A stretch of 63,220 nucleotides of DNA, filler included. It is 7 parts of 7 records of this genome, joined end to end, with 100 filler letters (N's around TTAATTAATTAA, not from the genome) between each part and the next. Parts side by side here need not be neighbours in the genome. Positions count along the whole stretch, not along the records: positions 49,993 to 56,881 come from SRR31147125_4443; positions 56,982 to 63,220 come from SRR31147125_4511; 5 more parts are not named here. One strand, written 5' to 3'. The notes under the pieces were generated by a model. The model was not told the DNA's origin and made no database searches. It saw nothing but the letters and a program-made list of their open reading frames with translations. Below, piece by piece: positions 55,221 to 63,220 of this stretch. Both the position numbers and the translations under genes were made by a program. Each line of letters starts with the position of its first letter. Positions within the stretch are counted from its first letter, which is position 1.

Positions 55221-55435
55221 TGGATATGCAACAAAACCCTGTACTCTTAGTTAAGAGTCATGCTGCAATTCTCTGATTGTTATTAATTAATTCAAATTTT
55301 TCCATTGTTTTATATCCCAAAGCTGAGTGTCTCCTTCTACGGTTATACCATTTTTCTATCCAGTAGAACAATGATAGTTTTGCCTGGTCTTGAGTTGAAA
55401 ACTGATTTTTATACACAACCTCAACTTTCAAGCTG
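55221..55435 (-). mobile_element. IS3-family remnant (transposase C-terminus + right terminal repeat)
   Basis: SLKVEVVY...WIEKWYNRRRRHSALGY integrase-core end, stop at 55258, then a terminus ending ...TTGTTGCATATCCA (5'-TG on +). Confidence 0.8.
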
Positions 55436-55919
55436 AAAAAAGGAAAATAAACACTTCGAAATGAGTTTTTTGGTAATAATAACAAGCTGGTTTGTGGGGC
55501 TTATTATTGTTATTTGAGTAAACTGAAATAGAAAACAGAAAACAGAAGTTTCATATTAAGCATCAGTGTACAATTCTATTATAAGTTTTTAGCAGAAAAT
55601 AATTCATAATATCGCAGGACTACCGGGCTAATTCAGTATAATCTGGAACGATTCATGAATAAATATCGAAATCGGAAGGAAAAGTCATACTTGCATAATT
55701 TGTATGCAATTGTTGTGGCAAAGGTAATTCATACCAATTCAGCGAGGTCCATTTGTAGTTATCAGTAAATTTATGTCACTATGGGTAAGTTTTTAACTGC
55801 GTACATGTCAGTACATTAAATAACCTTATGCGCACATTTTATCTTTTTTTATAGGCGTAATTTGATTTTGTAAAACTGAATAAATCAATTGAATTCATTT
55901 TAAAATTAAATCAAATTAT

Positions 55920-56881
55920 ATGACAGTGAGAAATCTAACAACAGCTATTGAAACAATAAGAAAGCAAATACTTATTGTTTTATTCGCGATGTGTTGCACT
56001 GTAGCAGCACATGCGCAACAAACTACCGTTAGCGGAACTATTACGAGCTCCGAAGACGGTCTTTCTCTTCCGGGAGTAACCGTTGTGGTTCAGGGAACTA
56101 CAGTAGGTACTATTTCCGATATGGATGGAAAATACTCTTTAAAGGCTAAAATGGGCGATGTGCTTCAATTTAGTTTTATTGGTATGGAGACACAAACCAT
56201 TACCCTCGCTACTGAAGTAAACAATATTGTAATGAAAGCTTCATCCATTGGATTGGAAGAAGTTGTTGCCATTGGTTACGGTACCGTTAAAAAGAAAGAA
56301 GTAACAGGTGCTGTTTCGCAGGTTAAAGCCGAAGAAATTAGCCGACACGTAACTGCCGACCTTGCAACCGCATTACAAGGACAGGTAGCAGGTGTTAACG
56401 TTGTTGCCAGCTCGGGGCAACCGGGTGCTTCGGCAAGTATTCAAATTAGGGGTGTTACTTCAATTGGTGGTTCAAATACTCCGCTTTATGTGGTCGATGG
56501 GATTCCTCAGGAAGGCGACCCGCGTTTAAGTCCAAACGAAATTGAAACCATCGACATTCTGAAAGATGCAGCTTCGTCGGCAATTTACGGAACACGTGGT
56601 TCTGCAGGTGTTATTCTTATTACAACTAAAAGTGGCGAAAAAGGTGCAATGAAAGTTAGTGTTGATGGTACTTACGGTATTCAGCACATTACTTCGGGTA
56701 CACCTAAAATGAAAACCAACGAACAATTGTATTATTTTGAAATCCGCGACAGAAATGCCGATCCGCTTTATCCTGCAAATATTGCTGAAAAGCATCCTGA
56801 TTGGTTATTAAACGAAAGTAACATTTTAGATGTAGTTCAGGTAGACAATGCAATTACGCAAAACTACAATGTAAATATTTC
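55920..56881 (+). CDS. susC: SusC/RagA TonB-dependent receptor (3' truncated)
   Basis: LPGVTV, EEVVAIGYG, ALQGQVAGV, PLYVVDG, ILKDAASSAIYGTRG. Confidence 0.95.
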
Positions 56882-56981
56882 NNNNNNNNNNNNNNNNNNN
56901 NNNNNNNNNNNNNNNNNNNNNNNNNTTAATTAATTAANNNNNNNNNNNNNNNNNNNNNNNNNNNNNNNNNNNNNNNNNNNN
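56882..56981. other. Artificial contig spacer
   Basis: Same linker. Confidence 0.97.
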
Positions 56982-57707
56982 CGTATTTTACCTCACCCAA
57001 TCGGTAAAGAGCAAGCTGGTATTTATGCGCAATCTTTCCGGTTAGTCGACGGCATGACACAATACGGTTATCTGTTCTCTGTGATATTGCTTCCCATGTT
57101 CTCCAGGATGATAAAAAAGCAGGAATCAATATTTTTGATTTACCGCATTGCTTCCATCCTGTTAATGTTGCCCATAATTTTAATAACCATTGATTTTGTT
57201 TTGTTTAGAAAAGAAATAATTGTGCTGTTTTATAAAGTGGACAGACACTTGTCATCAGATATTTTGGGTTTCCTTGTTTTTACATTGATGTTCACCTCCT
57301 GGACTTTTATTAATGGAACCTTGCTAACAGCAAATAATAACTTAAAATTATTGAATCTGTTTGCCGCGATTACATTAGTGTTAAATATTAGCCTGAATTT
57401 AATTTTGATACCATACTTAAAAGCTTACGGTGCTGCCGTTTCCAGCTTTGTTTCCAATGGATTTACGGCCGTTATTCAACTCATCGCAGTTATTAAAATT
57501 TTTAAAATAAAAATTGATTATCTGATTCTATTAAAAATAATTGTTTCGCTGGCAGTTAGTCTAGCTTCTTGTTTGCTGTTAAAAGATATGGTAAGTAACT
57601 GGGTAATTCCGTTTCTATTATTCCCAACTATTGGAATCGCTTGCGCATTAATTCTTAAAGTTGTGAACGTGAAGAATGTTATGAATATCTTTTTTGATAA
57701 ATCGTAG
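56982..57707 (+). CDS. Polysaccharide flippase (Wzx/MOP-like), C-terminal part
   Basis: AGIYAQSFRL, LLPMFS, LNISLNLILIP...GAA; multiple TM helices. Confidence 0.8.
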   Translation, partial: RILPHPIGKEQAGIYAQSFRLVDGMTQYGYLFSVILLPMFSRMIKKQESIFLIYRIASILLMLPIILITIDFVLFRKEIIVLFYKVDRHLSSDILGFLVFTLMFTSWTFINGTLLTANNNLKLLNLFAAITLVLNISLNLILIPYLKAYGAAVSSFVSNGFTAVIQLIAVIKIFKIKIDYLILLKIIVSLAVSLASCLLLKDMVSNWVIPFLLFPTIGIACALILKVVNVKNVMNIFFDKS

Positions 57708-57708
57708 T

Positions 57709-58430
57709 TTATCTCGCCACCGCTCCAAACTCCATCAGCAATTCAACATTCTTCTCAATAGCATTGCCAACAACAACAATATCGGCACCGGCTTTAAAGG
57801 TGTTTTCAACTTCTGTTTTGCTTTTTATTCCACCTCCTATGATGAGCGGAATATTGATATTGGATTTTACTTTGTTAATCAGTTCGTGAGATACCGGATT
57901 TGAAGCCCCACTGCCTGATTCGAGGTAAATTAGTTTATGCCCCAACATTTCTCCGGCAATGGCGGTAGCCATAACAATGTCGTGTTTTTTGCCAGGTATG
58001 GGTTTTGTATTGCTAATGTATTCAACAGATGTTGTGTGGTTATTTTCAATAAGAATGTAACCGGTTGGGATTACATCCATTCTCATTTTTTTAAATAGGG
58101 TGCCGCCACAACATGGTTTCCAATTAAATATTCAGGGTTCCTACCAGAGATTAAAGAAAGAAGTAGCAGCGCATCTGCGGCTGGGGATATTTGCAGTAAA
58201 CTTCCGGGGAAAATTACTACAGGTTTATCCGTATGTTTTTTTATGTTTAAGATAACATTTTCAATTTCAACAGAGACCAGGCTGCCACCAATCAGGAACA
58301 AGTCAAATTCAGCAATTTCCGCTGTTTTTATTGTTTGCACAAGCTGCCTTTCTGAATAGTTTTCAGGATCGATTAACAGTGAAAGCAGTTTCTTTTTCTC
58401 TAGTTTATGAAGTATATAATCGTATAACAT
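57709..58430 (-). CDS. pcrB: Geranylgeranylglyceryl/heptaprenylglyceryl phosphate synthase; frameshift at run 58086-58092
   Basis: LIDP, IGGS, FPG, LSLISGRNPEYLIG, YLESGSGA, IGGGI, VVGN. Confidence 0.9.
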
Positions 58431-58446
58431 TAACAATTATTATTGC

Positions 58447-58489
58447 GACCTCTTCTTAAGTCCCTCCTGTTAGGGGGATTTAGAGGGTC
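58447..58489. repeat. REP-like hairpin
   Basis: AAGTCCCTCCT-GTT-AGGGGGATTTAGAGGG imperfect palindrome in a short intergenic gap. Confidence 0.5.
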
Positions 58490-58510
58490 ATTTTTTAATT
58501 GACAAAAGGA

Positions 58511-59197
58511 TTATAACAATATTTCTTTCAGCGCAAAGTTAAACAATTTGTCCATAAAGGATTTTTCTTTTGCGCACCAGGCAACGGTATATTTATCTCT
58601 TTTAAAGTAGTGGATATCGAATTTTTCAGTACCAAACTTATTTGATACGGTACCTTCAATTAAGCCGTTCTCAGCAAATTCAAAAGGGGTGATTGTGAGG
58701 TTCTGCTTAAAATTTATGTCTTGCTTGTCGCAAATTTTATAAAGTGCCTCTTTCGCGCACCAATGAATATAAAGGTGGTATCGTTTATTATCCGGATCGT
58801 CTGTAATAAATTCTTGTTCGTTAATAAATTTATGGGCTATGGTTCTAATTCTATGCGACATGTATTCCAAATCCAGGCCAACCTTTTTGGTTTTGCTTAA
58901 CATTATTGATGTATAATGAAAAGAATGTGAGATGCTTATAAAATGAGAACCGCTTTCAAGAAAAGGTTTTCTTTTCGAGTTGTAGATAATTTTTTCTTTT
59001 TTCCCTGTTAGGTTAAAAAGAAGTACTCGTACACTCAAATATTCCAGTTTTCTTGAATCGCTTTTAAAACTATCAAGTTCACTTATTTCGTCATCAGAAA
59101 GATTTACCTGATTTAATAATTCTTCGTAGTTTTCCGTTATCTCCCAAATACCAAGCAGACAATCGTCCTCTACATATTTTTTAGTTAGTATCGCCAT
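58511..59197 (-). CDS. 4'-phosphopantetheinyl transferase (Sfp-like)
   Basis: KPFL, ISISHS, VGLDLE, WCAKEALYK. Confidence 0.9.
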   Translation of the reverse strand: MAILTKKYVEDDCLLGIWEITENYEELLNQVNLSDDEISELDSFKSDSRKLEYLSVRVLLFNLTGKKEKIIYNSKRKPFLESGSHFISISHSFHYTSIMLSKTKKVGLDLEYMSHRIRTIAHKFINEQEFITDDPDNKRYHLYIHWCAKEALYKICDKQDINFKQNLTITPFEFAENGLIEGTVSNKFGTEKFDIHYFKRDKYTVAWCAKEKSFMDKLFNFALKEILL

Positions 59198-59208
59198 ACT
59201 CAATTAGA

Positions 59209-59784
59209 TTATTTCCAGGAAATTGTCTCCATTATTCGGACAATATCCTCTTTAAAAAAATCAATTACAGGTGCTAATGAGTCTTTGTTTGGTTCTGTAT
59301 TAAAATAAAGAGATCCTCTTAAAAAATGGTTCAAACTATCTGTTAAATAAAACTGCACCGATGATGCTGCGTTTCCCTTTACATCATAAAGCATACCAAA
59401 TACGCTTTTGTTTGCATCAGAATAGATTTTTTCCTGAATAGCTTCTGCTTTTATGGTGTGTTTGTAAGTAAGTTTTCGCGTGTCTTCTGTTAGTAGATTT
59501 AAATCGTTATTAACCTCTTTATAGCTTAGGTGAATTTTGCCATTATATTCAGGGAACGAAATGTTAAACCAACACGGTTCAGCATTTTGTGGATATTCAA
59601 TTTCGCCATATTTAGGATATTGAAATTCAAATGGGCAATCGTTCGAATACAACATGTACTCTTTTTCTGGCATGTCAATTCTAAAATATCCCAGAGGTTT
59701 TGGGGAATATTTTTTTGAGCATTCATGAAAACTAGCCGAAACAATAAGGGCAATAAGTAATATTTTTAGTCTTTTCAACTTCAC
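59209..59784 (-). CDS. gldD: Gliding motility lipoprotein GldD
   Basis: PKPLGYFRID, KHTIKA, GNAAS..QFYLTDS..HFLRGSLYF, PN.DS. Confidence 0.93.
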   Translation of the reverse strand: MKLKRLKILLIALIVSASFHECSKKYSPKPLGYFRIDMPEKEYMLYSNDCPFEFQYPKYGEIEYPQNAEPCWFNISFPEYNGKIHLSYKEVNNDLNLLTEDTRKLTYKHTIKAEAIQEKIYSDANKSVFGMLYDVKGNAASSVQFYLTDSLNHFLRGSLYFNTEPNKDSLAPVIDFFKEDIVRIMETISWK

Positions 59785-59787
59785 GCG

Positions 59788-61103
<1,316 letters not shown>

Positions 61104-61133
61104 ACTGGACTATAAATTGGTTTATATTAAGAT

Positions 61134-61577
61134 TTAAAATGGTAAATCATCCGATCCATTCATGTCTTCGCTATCAAAAGGGCTACTTTTTTCTACAGGT
61201 GCATCACTCGATGAAGGAGATGGTACTCCTCCACTATTATCTGATTCACCTTTTCTACCGAGCATTTGTACTATATCACCATTGATTTCTGTGATATACC
61301 TTTTATTACCATTTGTGTCGTCGTAAGAACGGGTTTTTATGCGACCTTCAACGTATAATTGTTTTCCTTTGGTAATATATTTATCGGCCATTTCTGCTAA
61401 ACCTCTCCACAAAACAACATTATGCCACTCTGTGTTGGTAACAGATTCTCCGTTTTTATTTTTGTAAGTTTCGCTGGTTGCAAGCGGAAATTTACTAACT
61501 ACTAAGTTGTTGTCAAGATATTTTGTTTCGGGGTCTTTTCCCACATTTCCTACGAGGATAACTTTATTTACAGACAT
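61134..61577 (-). CDS. ssb: Single-stranded DNA-binding protein
   Basis: VNKVILVGN.G.DPE, TEWH, C-terminal DDLPF. Confidence 0.97.
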   Translation of the reverse strand: MSVNKVILVGNVGKDPETKYLDNNLVVSKFPLATSETYKNKNGESVTNTEWHNVVLWRGLAEMADKYITKGKQLYVEGRIKTRSYDDTNGNKRYITEINGDIVQMLGRKGESDNSGGVPSPSSSDAPVEKSSPFDSEDMNGSDDLPF

Positions 61578-61680
61578 TTTCTATTAATTGGTTTAAAGGC
61601 GTAAAAATACAAAAAAAAATAAATTATTAATATTGTTGTAATGTATTGAAATTATTAATGTTAGTTAGTTGATTTTTAGG

Positions 61681-62739
61681 TTAGATATAGTTGTAATCAT
61701 TTAAGAAACGGTCAATTAGGCGAGGAACGGCATAGTTCCTAATTTCATTTTTTGATATCATTTTATATGTATCATTTTGGGGAGTTGATATTTTTTTTGT
61801 CTCTGCAACAATAAATTTGGCTCTCAGAATACGATGCGATAAAATATGTTTATATTCTTTGGTAATAGTTTTAATCACTATTTCTTCTCCATTTGAAAAT
61901 TGATTAAGTTCTTCGATTTGAATAATTTCATTTTTAGTAAGTTTTTTTTCTGTTTCCTTAAGTGGGAACTCATATAAGCCTTTCCAAATATCGTTTCCTG
62001 TTCTTTTAGTAATAATAATTCCATTATTGTCAGAGATAACTAAATAGTAAAAATACCTTGTTTGTTGAGGTTTACTCTTAATTTTAATGGGGAGTAAATC
62101 AACCTTTTTATTTTTGTAGCCAATACAATTTGATTTTAGAGTGCAATTTTCACAATCAGGATTTTGTGGAGTACAATAAAGTGAGCCAAACTCCATTATG
62201 GCCTGATTAAAGGTGCCAGGGGCATTTTTATCAATCAGTTCATCAACGATTTTTTTGACTTCTTTTTTTCCAGGATTAGAATTTACAGGTTCTTCAATCG
62301 CAAATAACCTGCTAACAACACGAAGCACATTACCATCAATAACAGGAACACTTTCGTCAAATGCGATTGACGCAATAGCCGCAGCCGTATAGTCACCAAT
62401 GCCTTTTAGTTTTATTAATTCAGAATATGTTGAAGGGAAAATCCCGTTGTGGTTATTAGCAATTACTTTTGCTGTTTCGTGTAGGTTCCTCGCTCTTGTA
62501 TAGTAGCCTAGTCCTTGCCAGAGTTTTAATACTTCATCAATCGGTGCTTTTGCAAGATCAAATACGGTTGGGTATTTATCAGAAAATCGAATGTAATAAT
62601 CCATTCCTTGTTGAATTCGGGTCTGTTGTAAAATAACCTCTGAAAGCCAAATACGGTATGGATCAGATGATTGACGCCAGGGGAGGTCTCTTTTGCTGGT
62701 TTTGTACCATGTTGATAATCTGCGAGTTATTTCTTGCAT
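61681..62739 (-). CDS. mutY: A/G-specific adenine glycosylase
   Basis: RDLPWR, SEVILQQT, WQGLGYY, GIGDYTA, DGNV, CX6CX2CX5C cluster. Confidence 0.96.
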   Translation of the reverse strand: MQEITRRLSTWYKTSKRDLPWRQSSDPYRIWLSEVILQQTRIQQGMDYYIRFSDKYPTVFDLAKAPIDEVLKLWQGLGYYTRARNLHETAKVIANNHNGIFPSTYSELIKLKGIGDYTAAAIASIAFDESVPVIDGNVLRVVSRLFAIEEPVNSNPGKKEVKKIVDELIDKNAPGTFNQAIMEFGSLYCTPQNPDCENCTLKSNCIGYKNKKVDLLPIKIKSKPQQTRYFYYLVISDNNGIIITKRTGNDIWKGLYEFPLKETEKKLTKNEIIQIEELNQFSNGEEIVIKTITKEYKHILSHRILRAKFIVAETKKISTPQNDTYKMISKNEIRNYAVPRLIDRFLNDYNYI

Positions 62740-62817
62740 AAATACGCTATCTCAATAAATTTCAATGAAAAAGGTAAAAATAATCGAATTCAATTTTATT
62801 TATAGATTTAAAACATA

Positions 62818-62825
62818 TATATTTG
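62818..62825 (+). promoter_or_regulatory. Bacteroidota -7 promoter element
   Basis: TATATTTG matches TAnnTTTG, about 50 nt before the HU start. Confidence 0.65.
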
Positions 62826-62876
62826 CACTCGCTGTGAAATTTATGTAAATAATTGATAATAAAAGATTTTAAAAAA

Positions 62877-63164
62877 ATGACAAAGGCAGATATCGTAAAT
62901 GAGATTTCAAAAAACACAGGAATCGAAAAAATAACTGTTCAAAAAACTGTAGAAGCTTTCATGGAAACTGTTAAAGATTCTCTTGTAAAAGATAAAAATG
63001 TATATTTAAGAGGATTTGGTAGCTTCATCGTTAAGAAAAGAGCGCAAAAAACTGCTAGAAATATTTCTAAAAATACAACTATAATTATCCCTGAACATTT
63101 TATTCCTTCATTTAAGCCTGCCAAGACTTTCGTGAACAAAGTAAAAGGAAACGTAAAGAAATAA
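62877..63164 (+). CDS. hup: HU/IHF family DNA-binding protein
   Basis: MTKADIV, VYLRGFGSF, ARNISKN, PSFKP. Confidence 0.95.
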   Translation: MTKADIVNEISKNTGIEKITVQKTVEAFMETVKDSLVKDKNVYLRGFGSFIVKKRAQKTARNISKNTTIIIPEHFIPSFKPAKTFVNKVKGNVKK

Positions 63165-63196
63165 TTATATAATTTAAATTATTAAGGAGATTTAAA

Positions 63197-63220
63197 ATGC
63201 CAAGCGGTAAAAAAAGAAAA
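63197..63220 (+). CDS. Start of small basic ribosomal protein bS22 (AURKAIP1/COX24-like), cut by the window end
   Basis: ATG CCA AGC GGT AAA AAA AGA AAA = MPSGKKRK, right after HU; only 8 codons visible. Confidence 0.7.

Noticed and set aside
7176..56981. Six copies of TTAATTAATTAA within N-runs as a biological repeat
   Set aside because: Identical 100-nt linkers; composition and gene style change across them, so they are concatenation artefacts.
31283..58430. Mevalonate operon + GGGP synthase as a bacterial archaeal-type lipid pathway
   Set aside because: They lie on different contigs that appear to come from different organisms; no linkage is shown.

Overview
The window is not one locus. 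It is seven unrelated contig pieces joined by six identical 100-nt artificial spacers (N-run + TTAATTAATTAA + N-run), so no gene linkage can be inferred across spacers. Taxonomic labels below are inferences from gene style. (1) 1-7175, Bacteroidota-like: DHODH-like gene, a lectin/PKD T9SS type-B substrate, two PorP/SprF genes and two unannotated paralogous ~53-aa ORFs. (2) 7276-17319, FCB/KSB1-Calditrichota-like: LamG secreted protein, foldase-like lipoprotein, a GntR - class II aldolase - phosphonatase-like HAD - EamA cluster, and a large PQQ-repeat protein. (3) 17420-34458: degenerate M20 - GGT - N-formylglutamate amidohydrolase - cation/chloride cotransporter cluster, porin + glycine-betaine ABC, ECF sigma/anti-sigma unit, mevalonate operon. 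(4) 34559-40150, Desulfobacteraceae-like: manC, ArsR-methyltransferase, MBL hydrolase, peroxiredoxin with a sigma54-like promoter, USP, cNMP-PP2C. (5) 40251-49892, Clostridia-like: sugar ABC, SIMPL, DUF4349, ECF sigma, bioY with BirA box, rimI-tsaB-tsaE. (6) 49993-56881, Bacteroidota: fucosidase end, GH2, sulfatase, IS3 remnant, susC start. (7) 56982-63220, Bacteroidota core: flippase, GGGP/HepGP synthase, PPTase, gldD, gldE, ssb, mutY, HU, start of bS22. Many genes are split by single-base frameshifts, mostly at homopolymers, most likely sequencing errors. No rRNA, tRNA or CRISPR array was seen.
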